NCBI RefSeq assembly: GCF_009914755.1
Contig: NC_060931.1
From: the human T2T-CHM13v2.0 reference genome, Homo sapiens
DNA length: 64,000 bases
Reading direction: 5' to 3' (one strand)
The notes beneath the pieces were generated by a model that saw only the letters and a list, made by a program, of their open reading frames with translations, was not told the origin of the DNA and made no database searches. Below are positions 1 through 13,972 of the stretch, piece after piece; position 1 is the stretch's first letter; each line of letters begins with the position of its first letter. A program made the translations under genes and the position numbers.

Positions 1-3000
1 TTCAGTTTTTTGGGGAAGTCCACAAAACTGTGGAGCAGGTCAGGCTGAACTCTTGTGAAGTCATTAATTCTATATTTGCTCTCTCCCTTTCATCTTCATA
101 GGTTTAATAGTAAATCATTCCTCATTCCTCTGGACTCTGGTTTCTTTTCTGGAGCTTGTTCCAATGATGTAGAGCCCTAAACACAAAGTACAAATGCTAA
201 ATTTCCCCCTGCAAAGTTAAAAAAAAAGGGCAAGACATGACATTCAAAATAAGCAAGCACCCCTGAAAGCCAACTGGTTATTGCTAAGGTTGCTGCTGGT
301 GAAAAATTTATAAATTGCTTTTTTAGGCAAGCAGTGGAATGGTCAAAAATGCCAATAATTTAACTTCCAAGAGTTTTAATTAAGAAGAAAAAAATTAAGA
401 GGTAAACACTTGGATCACGTATATTATCTAGTGACCCAAAATAGATATATGACTTCTCTCTGGGATAGTTTGATTTCCCTTGGAAGTTTCAGAACACGTA
501 ATTGGGGGCAGGGCTACCTGAGGCTAGAGTCAAAATGATTTTCTTAGTGCCTAGTTGCATATGAGGCAGAGAAAGCAATTTCCAGAAGAGAAATCACACT
601 GCATTTGGCTTGCCCATCAATGGCTCCATATAATAGCAACATCACTCACACATAACTTTGTTTTAGTGGCTGATATTAAGAAAAATTGTTGCCTGCAATA
701 TGATGCACAGGGCTGTCAAATTCACACATACATGCCCTTTGGTCTGAAAATGATTCTGTTTTTATAGCATCAATTCAGCAGTGCAAAGTTCATAAATTTG
801 TATTAGGAATATGAGGGCCACATTGCATCACAAGAAGAAAGCAAAACTCGGTTACTGAGAAAATGTAGGCCCATCTTCAGAAATTGATGTCTGGGTCTAA
901 CTCATGAGTCAGTGGGAATTTTCTAGAAATCAATGTGGGATATAGCTCATATTTTGAAAAGGTAGATCTTCAAAGGGGACTTTATTCGATATTTATGATG
1001 AAGATGATTGCCCAAACCTCTAAAATGGCAGTAAGCCTTAATTGCATCGTGTAGAAGTTGAATGCTCTCATAAGAAAATCATCTTGGGCTGAACTGGATA
1101 AACTCTGAGGTCTGAGTGAGAGAGGTTTATCTCAGCAAGGAAACTGGATTACTGCTTAGAAAAAGAGAATAATGAGTAGCATTATCAACCTAACACAATA
1201 AGTACTGCTTTTAGGAGAAGTTTGAAAATAAATGAATAAAGACAAGACTGGAATCAGCCACTTCCTTGTAAGAGAAAAAAACAAGTAGAACTAAAGTCTC
1301 AACACCCATATCAGGAAAGTCACTGGGGAGCAGGCTTCTCTGCAGATGTAGTATAGGGGCTCAGCCAGAAAATCAAGAGCAGCGAGCAGAGCAGGTGGGA
1401 GGAAGCAATTGCATGATACTTTGCCTCTCACATGCAGTGTTTTGGAAAATAGCTATTTCTTTAAAAGGATACAGCAAGAGAATATTTACCTCTAACTCTC
1501 CATGGTCCTGCCTTTAAAAGGGTTCTGAAGGCAGAGAATGGACAACATTTTTCCCAGATTTTTCTTCGTTTTCTTAGACGAGTCAAAACAACCAAGGGAA
1601 AAGAGTGGTTGCAGCTGTACTTGAAATGTAACATGGAAAATGGGTAGAATCTATAACACGACTGCTCTGGAACAAAAAGCATTCTCCAGGATTCTTGTCT
1701 TCAAAGAAGATGAATCCAAACTTGGCATGACATGGCCTTTCTACTCACTTTAGAGCCAAGGGGCCAAGAGGGAGCCTGATACTCTAAACCCTTCCACCTT
1801 AACCAGCTCAATGGCTTTCTCTTAAAGGACATGATCCACAGCACAGCCAGGTATGGCTGGGTGTGTATTTTTATGACTGTCACTGTTGAGTCCCCTTGGG
1901 GCATATTCTTCAACTTCTCCTCCCTCCTCCCCCATGTAGGAAAGATGAAAGGGGATCTCCAAGAGCCTTTGTCAACTCGCGGTCTTGTCTCCTGTTTTGT
2001 GGGGAGCCAGCTCACGTACTACTTGGAATCTGTCTTTGACCTGATAATTGACAAAATGTCTCATAAGCACAATGTTCAGTTCTGGAGGCAAAAGCTGGAG
2101 TTGAGCATCTACCCTCTAAATACATGCACAGAGTACATGTGTGACAAGTGGGGCAATGTTTTTATTAGGGGATCCTGAAAGCAATACAGGAATCAAAAAT
2201 CCTTTCTTCCAACGCTTGCAAGATGATTTCTACATGTTGTAAGTAACATGTCCCCCAATTTTTTTTTTTTTAGAAATCAAGTGTATCAAAGTTTCACGTT
2301 GACAAGCTCCTTTCATTTCAATTTGAAGGTGATTAAATAACTGAACCAGAAAACCTAAAGAAGGTCCTGCTTTTCTTGTAGAACCTATGAAATCTATCCC
2401 ATAAGGACTTTGGGCACATACGAAATGAATTTGAGACCTTCCATGAACCCACTTTCCTTTTTCTCAACAAAAGACCCCTATACATGAACAAAATAGCACG
2501 GATGTGGCAGAAAATGCAATTGAAAGAGCAAAAGACTTCACTGTGAGAAAACAGACCTCTCTGGTTTAATGACCAGGCAAGAGTTTACAAGGCAGCCTCT
2601 TTGGGAGAAAGACCGGACACTTGTTTCTTACTTTCAACATGTAGCATCTCATTTTTGAAAACCACATGAACTTTGCTTTCTTGGCAGGTAGGAAAATACA
2701 CTGCGCAGCTGAACTTGTTTTTATTTATTCTACATTCCATTAATGCAACTGGCCTTTTTTCTTGAAGTATTAGCAGCCCAGAAGTTAAAGGGCTATAAAG
2801 AATCTGTAACTGGAGAAAACAGGAGCACTCAGATCTAGGTTTGCAATAGTTTTATGCAGAGTAAGGACTTGGGGGAGGTGCAAGGGGGAAAAAGATTCTT
2901 TGGTTCCTTGAGGTACCTGCAGATGACAATCCCACTCTCTCTCTAACAGTTACTCAGGAAACAGACCAGAGCTGGTTGTCCTTATTGACCTTTGTGACGG

Positions 3001-3178
3001 TGTGAAGAAAAACTTGTATATTTCCATATCCACTTCTCCCACATTTGCTCCTTTACCTATACCATCACCTACACTTACAGCTACAGCTGTTGACTTCTCT
3101 CTTATACTTATAAGAGTGATGGAGCTACTAAACTAAGCGGTACATCAGAAACAAATTCAACTATGAAGGAGTATGTCT

Positions 3179-3180
<2 letters not shown>

Positions 3181-3234
<54 letters not shown>
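3181..3234. repeat. Compound (GT)n(GA)n microsatellite
   Basis: About 17 GT units followed directly by about 9 GA units. Confidence 0.97.
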
Positions 3235-4649
3235 ATGAGCAACGGACCAGGGGACATGCATCCCAGAACCTCCGTTTGTCATCACTGCTCTCTTCTCTGG
3301 TGTCACATGCATTTGGTCCCCTAAGGTTTAAAGGATGATAAGTAACTTTGGTTTTGTGTTTCTGCAAACTGGCCCCAAATTCACAGGGCCACACCAACAG
3401 ATTTGTGTTTTAAGTGTGTGTTGGGGGATAATGTTCACCTTCCTGGAAGTATCAGGGGAAAAATGAAAAAAATGAGGTTGGTGATGTGTGTGAGGAAGGG
3501 AACAGAAGAATGGGGCTGGCCCAGTTTTCTTATGTCACATCCCGTTGTTCAAACTGTTCTTTTAATCCAATTAAAGGCTTTGAGTTGACGAAGCCACTCA
3601 CTCAGAAATCAGTGAAACCCCCATGCGCTGTTTGTGATCTGCAGATGTCAATGGGTGAGTGTGGTCCTCAGAAAGCTTCAGGCTGTAGCAGTTCTTAGCT
3701 TGCCTAGTTGGTTCTTTGGAGAGACATTCTCTGTTGCACTTTCACTCCAGCTAGAGCATGGCTAATATTAAATACTGAGAGTAATAAGAAAGATAAAAGT
3801 GATTGCCCAGTGGCTTGCAGAAACAGTGGGCTCCCATGAAACAGGCATTCAGATAGCACACCATGCCAGTCACAGCAATTCTGGAGCATGCCTGGTGACC
3901 AAGGGAGCTATGTTTCCTCAAAACATGAAGATTTTGAAGATGCCTGAAGTACAGGAGCAGGAGTCCCTGGATAAAATGTAATGTCTGGGTTTCTGGTAGT
4001 ATAGCCCATGCTAGGAATATGAATGAGACCAGATGCAACATTTGTTCACAATCTGTAGCCCATTTTCAGCCCACACTCCAGAACTGAGACACCTCCCTTT
4101 CTCCTTGATGTGCTACTTCCTAAGTCAAGATGAAGTATCTTGTCGTGATTCCCAAAGTGCACATTCACTCAATAGCAGCAAGAGAAGGCCAGTACGGAGC
4201 CCACCTCTCACCATGTCACTGGGCTAACCTTCATATCACAGGGCACACCTCCATCTGCTGGTACTGATTCACTGACACAGGTTTGGCATCCAAGCCAGTT
4301 AGTCCACAAGGGTGAAATACTGAGGCACTTATAATAGAGGAAACAAATCAGCTCTTGTCCATAAGGTCTTTTAGCCTCATACAAATCACTAGTTCAATAA
4401 TAAATAATAAAAATGGCACGAAGATGCCAGATGTGCAAATTCATATCCAGAGACACCTGTCAAGATCGAAAGACTGGTGTCAGGGAATCGCTTGAGGGAT
4501 TTCAAGTCCTGGAGCCAGACAGGACCAGTGTTGATAAAGGAGAAAGAAAAGCCTTCCTTTCAAGATGAGTCACAGGACTTTCTGGTGAGGTTGGTGAGTG
4601 CAGTAGATGGGAATCAAGATTCACTTGAAAGCTGCTATAATGCAGTAAA

Positions 4650-4880
4650 CCAAGGGTTTAAGCACAGACACTACAATATCAAAATATGCCCCACACTGCC
4701 ACTTTAGAGAGCACAGCTTTGATCTCAAGCAAGTTAGTTAACCTCTATAAGACTTCTTTTCTTCATCTGTAAAGCATGGATAATAGACATAACTACCTCA
4801 TAGGGTCAGAGAGTACATGTAGATGTACATGAAATTTTAGGAGACTGCCTGGTATGTTTAAATTCTCAGTAAATATTGGC
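4650..4880 (+). mobile_element. MIR SINE (degraded)
   Basis: Core GCAAGTTAGTTAACCTCT...CTTCATCTGTAAAGCATGGATAATA and 3' TGCCTGGTA...CTCAGTAAATATT. Confidence 0.75.
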
Positions 4881-5241
4881 TGTCAGTATCCAGTTAAGAG
4901 TTTTGTCAGTGCTTGCCTGGCCCAAGAGTCTTTTCCAGCAGAGAGAAGCCTAGCCACAAAGCCTGTGACTTCTGAGATTAGGAGTTCCAGGAGGGCCTGG
5001 CTAGAAAAAAGAAACGAGAATGTCTGAGTGAAGCTGAAGGGATGCTTCTCCATGGCACTCCCACTCCACATGTAAAAAGAAAGTCATTTTCTAAGCAAAG
5101 GCTCCATGATCAACTTAAAAGGAGCTTGTATGTTTTCAGAAATTAAGTTATTTGTACAGTTTTAGAAGTTAGTTGACACCAAATAAGAGCCCCTTTGGGG
5201 ATGGAGGGGGGAAGAATTTCATTTATAAGAAAAGATTATTC

Positions 5242-5578
<337 letters not shown>

Positions 5579-6478
5579 TCACAGGGAAGCAGGGAGAACT
5601 GTAGGAATCATTAGGCCCAAATCCTGCTACTCTTTGCTGCTAATGAGTTACAGACGTTGAAACCTATGAATAGAAACAGAGAGACTTCAGCCTCCTTTGC
5701 TTCCAGGCTCAGGTAGCCTTGGGTGAGCAGATGTCACCTGATTTTAGAAATTTGAGCAAGCAGGTTTGCAAATCCAGAAGCCACGCATAGAGGCCCTGCC
5801 TCAGCACACCTGGTTTGTCCCTTTGGCCCTTAGGATTCTTCTTGCTCCTGTTACTTGCCAGTCAAGCTGTCAGAGAAACCTGAGTGAGGGATAAGTCATT
5901 GCCCTAGTGACTACCAAGGAAATTCCAAGTTTACACGAGGTTGGAATCGTGGACTTGGTCAACCTCAGGCAAGATGTCTGGGCAGGGCATCCAGCTGACT
6001 ATGCACCCAAAGGACACAAGGCTTCTTTCCTTGAGCAGACTGCAGAAGTGGGGCCGAGGATGTGGAAGCAGTTTCTAAACCAAGAACACCATAAAAACAG
6101 AAGGGCTTGCTCTTATTATTATAAGGGCTTTGGGGAATGCAATGGGAGAAGGCCTGGCCCCCGTAAAGGATTTCCTCCGTGAACATCAAAGCATTGACAA
6201 GGGGGGGTGGGAGGAGGACACAGGTAGAGGTTGGAATGTTGGCTCTTCCTCAAAGGCACTTCCTGCAGAGAATCAAATCCAGAGACTCCAACGATAATGA
6301 TTCTCATTTTTATTACCATTTTATTATTCAAGATTGGCTCAGTATTTTTCCCCCCAAAGGCATTTGAGTGAAGATGAAAAGTACCAAGTTAATATCTTGA
6401 GTGAGCCAAGCCCCCTTTCTATGACCAAGGTCTTCGTGGACAGATGCGGCACCTGCTTGCTATTGTAGCTCTGCCTCC

Positions 6479-6488
6479 ATGACGTCAT
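6479..6488. promoter_or_regulatory. Perfect palindromic CRE/ATF motif
   Basis: ATGACGTCAT with CpG intact; motif match only, function untested. Confidence 0.35.
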
Positions 6489-8135
6489 TGCAGCAAGGAT
6501 CAAGGCTGTCCCTAAGTCATAGGTTCTGGTGTTTTGAGTGAAAGAGACAGAGGAAAGGGGGCTTTTTCAAGTGATTCCATTGGCCTAATTCTGGACGTGC
6601 TCAGAACACTTAAGTAGCAATTCCCATGGCAGACGTGTCGTAGAGATTTTGAGTAAGCACATTGAAATGAACAATGCAGTGCTTAACAAGCTTCAACTTC
6701 CTGGGCATCAGTGAACTATGACTGTGATACAATATGTAAACCAAGACCTCATTCAGCTTGTGTGGACAGAGGGACATGAGAGATGGGAAAAGGAAATTAA
6801 ACAGAGGGCATTAAAAAATACACGTTCCAAGAAAATAGATACTTAATGATCAAGGGCTCCCTGTCTGGTGCTTAATGATAATGATGCCAATTTACCGACA
6901 ATAATAGAGGCCACAACATTGTTTAGAACAAAGGGAAGAAGCCAACATTTACTGAATGTACTTACTGCCAGAACAGAGGCATCAACCTGTGGTGTGTGAT
7001 TCAAATGCTTCTCAGTTGACTGAAAATTTTAACAAGACTCTTGTATGTGCTTATAAAGACTGTAAGACATCTGAGAAGCTTGTCTAATGTGGAAAAAAGT
7101 AAATTCACTTGCAACAGATTGGGTAATTTCTAGTACAAAGGGAAGAAAATAAAGTTTATATACAATCTTCCATTTTTCCATTCATTAATAGAATCTGTGC
7201 TGCGAAATTTGCAAGCCAGGATTATTCTACATCGAAAGAGAATGTGATTGAGATTGTTGATCTTATTCCATTTGGCTGTTAATCATGGTCAGTTATTGAG
7301 ATATTTGTCAGCAGTGAAAACAAAGAGGGTATCACAATTAAAAAAGAAAACCTCATATAGCTAGGTGGTAGAAATTTGTCAAAAAGTTTTACTTAATTGA
7401 TACATCAGATAATGAAATGGGAACTAAAGGGTTCTGAGATATTTTATTTTTCACCTCCAGAGTCATAGGATTACTTGTTCTTACTAATGTGGCACAGCAT
7501 CCAAATCATTTGTACTTGAAAATGAAGGAAAATTAAAAGAACACTGACCATCATTCCTTCTTTTCACATACCAGCTGAGTCAAATAAAGATGTGGATCAA
7601 ACACTTAACAACTGCAACTTGAATTTATTTCCCAATATCCTCAACTCTAAATGTCAAATAACTAGCTATTTAGTTGTTGCTAGGTTGTTGTTGTTGTTTT
7701 TTTCTTTGCTTTTGTTAAACAAGTCACAATTTCAGAAGTGAGTTACAGATTTATGTGTGTTTGAGATTGCATTTACATTTCTATTCCTCTTGGAATACCA
7801 TCTCAGATTTGCCTGCATTATGGAATAGGAGGGTTGGAAAAGCTTCAAGAAGTACTGACTATGCTAAAAATTCCCACACAGAAGACACACTATCCCTAGA
7901 ATTCTTGGTATCAATCTATGAATTTCAGAACTAACACCAAATGTTTGGCCACATGGCCCATGTCTGGGCAGTGTTTGAGCACTTTTAGCTCTGAGAAAAG
8001 ATATTATCTCACAGACCCATTGACAGTGGTGTAATACTAGAGTCAGAATTGACATATTTTCTGTCTAGAGACCAGCTCCATCTGTTCAATATCACTTATG
8101 GCACAAGTCGTGAGTTGCCTACCATTAGGAAAGAA

Positions 8136-8230
8136 AGTGAGAGAGAGAGAGAAAGGAGGGAGGACAGATGTAGGAAGGAAGGAAGGAAGGAAGGAAGGGA
8201 GGGAGGAAGGAAGGGAGGGAGGGAGGGAGA
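8136..8230. repeat. Polypurine (GA)n/(GGAA)n/(GGGA)n tract
   Basis: Directly visible. Confidence 0.93.
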
Positions 8231-8679
8231 TATTGAGACCCAAGGGCATATGCCAATTCATAAATATAGAACTGGATGATTTTATTTTTAAGCAAAACAA
8301 ATATGTATCTGAGTGCATGCCGATAGCCAGCAGATGACTACAAAGCTGTAGATTTTTCTGTCTATTTATATGAAATTAAATATGTAATACAATTGTTACA
8401 TATCTCCCTACTTTCAGTAAACAGAAGATATTCCCTTTGCATCAGTAGTACATTGCACTTACTCTGACATCCTGTTTTTTTTATAATTCCCCATCAGGCT
8501 TGCTCTGACATCTTGTTTTTCATAATTCTCCCTCCGTGTCTCCTGTGGCTATCCCTGACAGTGTACCTAGCACATATCACATATGATGAGTCACATTCTT
8601 CAACATTCCTCTGTGAGGTTAGATTAAGCCTAGTTTCCCCACACTACACAACAATCGTTTTCCTTTTCTTATGGGTTAA

Positions 8680-9090
8680 TAGAGCACTGCTTTTGAATAG
8701 GAGCAGCATGTGTCCAACTAAAGATTATGATTCCCAGCTTCCTTGCAGTTCAATATGGCTATGTGAGTGGCCAACGAGAAGGAGATTGTTGTGGGGACCT
8801 TCAGGGAAAATTCTTTAAAAGTGATTGACTCACCTAGGGAATGTGCTCCGCTGGTTTCTTTCCCTTTGCTCTCTCTTGGTGGGGAGGGTCAATGGACTTT
8901 GAAGAGCAAAGTCACATATTAAAACAAAAATGCAAAAGCTTAGAGGGTCTCTGATGACATCAGACCTGGACTTTCTACTTTTGAACTTATTTTATGTTAG
9001 AGAATAAACTCTTCTGGGTTTAAGCCACGACTGTATGTGTGTGTGTATGCCTGTGTGCGTGTTAAGCCCACCTATTTCTAACAAATATAC
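8680..9090 (+). mobile_element. Old MLT1 (MaLR) LTR, H/I/J-type
   Basis: TTCCCAGCTTCCTTGCAG...GTGGCCAAC and 3' TTATGTTAGAGAATAAAC...TTTAAGCCAC. Confidence 0.65.
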
Positions 9091-9294
9091 CAGATAAATT
9101 TTTAATCTTGATGAAAACTGACCAATGACTAAGCCATATGCTGAAGTTACGCACTTTTTCGTGAATAAAATGTATCTCCCTATTTTCAAACTGTCTTTTG
9201 ATTGTGGCTAATATCCATAGTTTTAATAGCTAATAGGTTCATCATTGTTATAACAAATTCTATGTGGTCTATAAAGATTATTGGTAATATAGCC

Positions 9295-9520
9295 AACTAT
9301 GGGATAAAAGTACAAGTTAGACGCCAGTGGAGGACAACAGCATAGAAATGACACCAGACAAGGCCTTGCAGGAGATGACTGTAGCTTTCCTGTGATGGAG
9401 AAGAGGAGTGGGAAGAACGTGCAGGCAGAGGAAATAGAGCAGGCAAAGGAGTGCGGGCTTGAAAGAATATGGCATTATGGGGAATCGCAAATGGCTTGGT
9501 GTGACTACAGAGAGAGTGAT
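9295..9520 (-). mobile_element. L2 fragment
   Basis: Purine-rich GCAGGCAGAGGAAATAGAGCAGGCAAAGG typical of antisense L2. Confidence 0.55.
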
Positions 9521-10025
9521 GGGCACTTTGGGAATTACATACATAACCTTCAGGCCACACTCTTCTCATTGGACGACCACGAGTAAAACACAGCTTTGCT
9601 GTCTCACCAGGTACGTTGTCAGTCAGAAGGCAAACAGGTGGTTTGGAGATACGGAGTATTCAGTCAACAGAATCATTAACAGAGGCCCCATTTGGGTTCT
9701 GGGGGAGTCTCACTTTTTTCCAGTTTATGTCCCAACTTTGTCGTAAGAAAAGTGGCAAAGTTGCTCATTCGACCTACATTGTAATTCAGCAGTTTATAGC
9801 ACCAGACTCTGCTTCTGACTGATGACCACATCAGCGGTGAGGCTACGTGCAAAAGAGACTTAGCTTAAGGGAGTTAAAGAAACGTTCTGATTCTCTGTGC
9901 CATAAAATGAGAATTTTAAACCTTCAGCCTATCATTTTCTTTCTTTAACTGCTCTAGTACAGTTAGAATTGGCCAGCTCACCCCATAATCCTTATATTTC
10001 TTATGCCCTTAAAAATGGTCTAATG

Positions 10026-10239
10026 CAGGGGTCTATGCAAGCCAAGGACCAAATATACAGCCCACTGCCTCTTTTTGTAGAGGAAGTTTTATTGGAACAC
10101 AGCCATGCTCACTGGCGTATGTGTTGCTTCTTTCGTGCTGTAATGGCAACATTGAGCACTTTCAGAAGAGATCATCTGGCCTGCAACACCTGAAGTATTT
10201 ACTATCTAGCCCTTTACAGACAAAGTTTACTGACCTCTG
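10026..10239. mobile_element. MER58A-like hAT-Charlie MITE
   Basis: CAGGGGTC...GACCTCTG termini, internal AAGTTTTATTGGAACACAGCCA, perfect 8-bp TSD GTCTAATG (10018-10025, 10240-10247). Confidence 0.9.
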
Positions 10240-10835
10240 GTCTAATGCAAGAGATGGAAAATGAATTAAATCTCAAAGTAAATGCCAGCCTCTCACTTCT
10301 GCTGAGTTATTGGAGGCCTGTCCCTTGCCTCCGGCAATAGGACAGCTCCCTGTCTAACTGGTGCTCCCGCCTTCTCCTCCCCAACCCTTACACCCCCCTG
10401 CCACATACACACACAGACCAAGACTGGAGGTCCAATGACAGAGATCTTTTCCTCACTGGCTCTGTGGCCAGGAATGAGCCCTTTGGCCTCTTTGAACCTC
10501 CATTTCCTCACCTGCAAAAGAGTCACGTTGAGAGGATCCACCTCCTAGTGCTGTTACCAGGATCGAATGAGAAAGGCATGTGAAAAGCTTCTGTGAACTG
10601 TAAGCCACCCTTTGAATAGGCATTGGGCTTTTTATTCTTGTTACCACATTATTTTATTTCATGCAGTTACATTTATTTATTCAGCAAATATTTATTGAAA
10701 CCTTTGAAGCAAAAGTTCACATTGGGTATGGATGGGTAGATGGGGAGTGGAAAGGGAGGGTACAAGAGAGGAATCAGAAATTTTGCCCTCAAAGTGCTTA
10801 TTGTCTAAAGCGGGAGTTTATAAACCAGCTTCCAT

Positions 10836-11128
10836 TTGTTTGTTTGTTTGTTTTTGAAACAGGGGCTTACTCTATTGCCCAGTCTGGAGTGCCGTGGTGT
10901 GATCATAGCTCACTGCAGCCTTAATCTCCTGTGTTCAAGTGATGTTCCTGCCTCAGCCTCCCAAGTAGCTGGGTCTATGGGGGTGCACCACCATGCCTGG
11001 ATTTTTTTTAAACTAGAGACAAGGTCTTACTATGTTGCCCCAGCTGGTTTCAAACTCCTGGGCTCAAGTGATTCCCCACCTCAGCCTCCCAGTGTTAGGA
11101 TAACAGGCATGAGCCACCATGCTCAGCT
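10836..11128 (-). mobile_element. AluJ
   Basis: Antisense dimer with J diagnostics (GATCATAGCTCACTGCAGCC, CCTGGGCTCAAG); approximate TSD AGCT(T)TCCAT. Confidence 0.93.
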
Positions 11129-11139
11129 AAGCTTTCCAT

Positions 11140-11530
11140 ATGATATGCTGTAGTAGCAAACAATCCTCAAATCTCAGTGGCTTACAGTAAAGGGTTATTC
11201 TCAGTCATGTTCATATTGCCTACAGATCAGCTGGTGTGTTCATCTCATTCTGAGAATCAGGCTGAAGGAACAACCTCTATCTGGAACATGCTTTACATAT
11301 CAGAAGGAGAAGAAAGAAAGCAGGGAAAGAAAACAGGCATCATGATGGCAACTAAAGGGTATGTTCCCATCTCACTGGCCAAAGCAATTCATGTGGCAAA
11401 GCCTGATGGGAAAGGGGCATGAATGTTCTTTCCCACAGGGAAGCACAGCATGGCATTGAGCCACAGGTTGGGATGTATGAGCTTCTTGCAGGGAAGGCAG
11501 CAAATAGTTGGGAATGATGATGCAATCTAA
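11140..11530 (-). mobile_element. Old MLT1 (K/L-type) LTR remnant
   Basis: AAATCTCAGTGGCTTACA...GGCTGAAGGAACAACC...CACTGGCCAAAGCAATTCATGTGGC. Confidence 0.65.
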
Positions 11531-11535
11531 CACAG

Positions 11536-12059
11536 TGTACTAGTCAGGGTTCCCTAGAGAAACAGAACCAACAGTGGATATGTATACACACACATATATC
11601 TGAGGAAATTTATTATGGGAATTGACTCAAGTGGTTATAGAGATTGGGAAATTCCATCATATGCATTACACAAGCTGGAGAACCAGAAATGCCAGTGGTC
11701 TAATTCAGTTTGAGTTGCAGGGCCTGAGAACCAGGGGAGCTGATGGTATAAGTCCCAGAGTCCCAAGGCCAGAGAACTGGGAGTTCTGATATACAACAGT
11801 AAGAGTATATGGATGTCCCACTTCAAGAAGATAAGTAAAGAGCTCAACATTTCTGTGCCTTTTTCTTCTATTTGAACCCTCAATGGATTGGATGAGGCCC
11901 ACCCACACTGGCGAGGGCAGATCTTCTTTACCAAGTCTTCTGATTTAAATGCTAATCTCTTCTGGAAATGCTGTCACAGGCACATCCAGAAATAATGTTT
12001 ACCGGCCATCTGGGCACCCCTTAGCCCAGTCAAGCTGACACATAAAATTAACCATCACA
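11536..12059 (-). mobile_element. MLT2 (ERVL) solo LTR
   Basis: TGTACTAGTCAGGGTTC...GACACATAAAATTAACCATCACA termini; perfect 5-bp TSD CACAG. Confidence 0.93.
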
Positions 12060-12157
12060 CACAGGGAAATTCATGCATACACAGCAAACACACCCACACA
12101 CCCATACACCTCATGTATAATACATTATTACACTATATATAAAATATATACACTGTG

Positions 12158-12196
<39 letters not shown>
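12158..12196. repeat. (TA)n(CA)n microsatellite
   Basis: Directly visible. Confidence 0.95.
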
Positions 12197-12199
12197 TAC

Positions 12200-13280
12200 A
12201 TCATATAGTGGACAGCAAGGGGCATCCAAAGTGCAGGGACATTTCCTTTTTCTGCCACTTAGAAACTAGCTATTTGACTTTGAACAAGGCACTTAAACAG
12301 GCAGAGCCTGTTTCCCCACCAGAAAAAAATGAGATCATAGTACTTGACTTATAGCTTTGTGGTCAGGATGAAAATATTTGATTCAAACTAATTGCAAAGC
12401 ACAATGTCCAGCATAGAGTTATCACTAAAAAAAGAATTTCTCCTCCTCCTCCTTTACCTCATTTTTCTTGCTATTTCATTGCAGAATAATAAGGAATGCT
12501 TTATGGACAATGGCATTTAACCTGAAGCCTAACATTTGAATAGTATTTGAACAGGCAGCAGAGAAATTTGAGTAACTCTACAACTCAGTTTCCTTATCTT
12601 TAAAATGGAGATAATAGCAGTAATTACTACTTAGAGGTGGGATGGGAATAAAATGAGTTAATACACAGGATGTACTGAGAACAGTACTTGGCATATTGCA
12701 AGCATTCTGTGAGTGTTTATTAGATACAAGTACACACGTAAGGGCTGAAAGTGGGACTAGGGGAGGAAGGGTGTTCAGATGGAGAAGTTGGGAAACGCAA
12801 ATGCGAGGAACAGGGAAGGTGTGAGGGCTGCACAGGGACCAGAGAGCAGATGGTTGTGGCAGAGTGTGCATGAAGAGAGGCGTAGGAGATTCGGCTGAAG
12901 AGGCACACAGGGGCCTGAGCTTGCAGACTTGCTTCTGTAGGCAGCAGGACCTGGCTTGAGCTGTGCTTCAGGAAGATCACTGTTGTGAGCACGTAGAATG
13001 GATGGGAGAGGGCAGAGATGGGAACCAGGAAGGCCAGAGAGAAGGATTTCGCAAAACATGGTGGAGTTTAGTGACCGTTTCCTTAGGACAGCAAGAGAAA
13101 GCATGGAGAGAAAGGGCTGCTGCATGAGGGAAATGGAAGTAAAATCCTACAGGCCTGCGGCCTGATTGAGTTGGGATGGGGTCAGGGGAGAAGAAAGGTT
13201 GGAGGGGAGACAAGAATAAGGTTGAGGATTCAAGTCTTGTTGAAGATAAGAAGTTAGCTTTTAGACACATAGAGGATGAA
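12200..13280. mobile_element. Interleaved MIR (+) and L2 (-) fragments
   Basis: MIR cores near 12280 and 12585 (CTCAGTTTCCTTATCTTTAAAATGGAGATAATA); purine-rich antisense L2 near 12490-12560 and 12750-13280. Confidence 0.65.
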
Positions 13281-13462
13281 AGTTATGAGGACAGTTTGTA
13301 ATATTACCTTGCTTGAAAGTACATCAATTAAGGATTCCTTGTTCCTTAGAAAAGCAACCTGGGGGACAGGTGTTAAGATGCTACCTGTCATTTCCCCACG
13401 ATGTGAATATTGTCACTCAGATTTCTTTCCAAACTCCAAAAAAGATCAGCTGCACTGAAGAT

Positions 13463-13697
13463 TGTTATTCTTATTATTATTATACTTTAAGTTCTGGGAG
13501 TTGAACAATGAGAACACATGGACACCAAGAGGGGAACATCACACACTGGGGCCTGTCAGGGGGTGGGGGACTAGGGGAGGGATAGCATTAGGAGAAATAC
13601 TTAATGTAGACGATGGGTTGATGGGTGCAGCAAACCATCATGGCACATGTATACCTATGTAACAAACCTGCACGTTCTGCACATGTATCCCAGAACT
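13463..13697 (-). mobile_element. L1PA (about PA6-8) 3' end with twin-priming inversion
   Basis: Antisense tail plus TATACTTTAAGTTCTGGGA joined to an oppositely oriented 3'UTR segment; TSD ACTGAAGAT; TTTT/AA endonuclease site at 13705-13710. Confidence 0.88.
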
Positions 13698-13972
13698 GAA
13701 GATGTTTTAATCAGGGGAATGAGAAGGGAGCCAGGTGGCCTGAGAGCATGCTGGTGTGGTGTGAAGGGGAAAGCAGGTGCTAGTGGGAGATTAAGAGCTG
13801 AAATCTGAGAGAAGAGAGCAAGGGCATGGAATACAGGTGCAGAATGGGAAGTGGGACCGTGTCATCTTCCTAAAATATCAACCTTTTATGTGTCCAGTAT
13901 ATTACCGAGTGAAATCAAGAATATTACAAAACAATGTACAATAGAATATTTTTATTTAAAAAAATCTATTCC

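Noticed and set aside
12510-12560. AGCCTAACATTTG match to insert B as another family member
   Set aside because: Explained by the surrounding antisense L2 sequence and needs several gaps.
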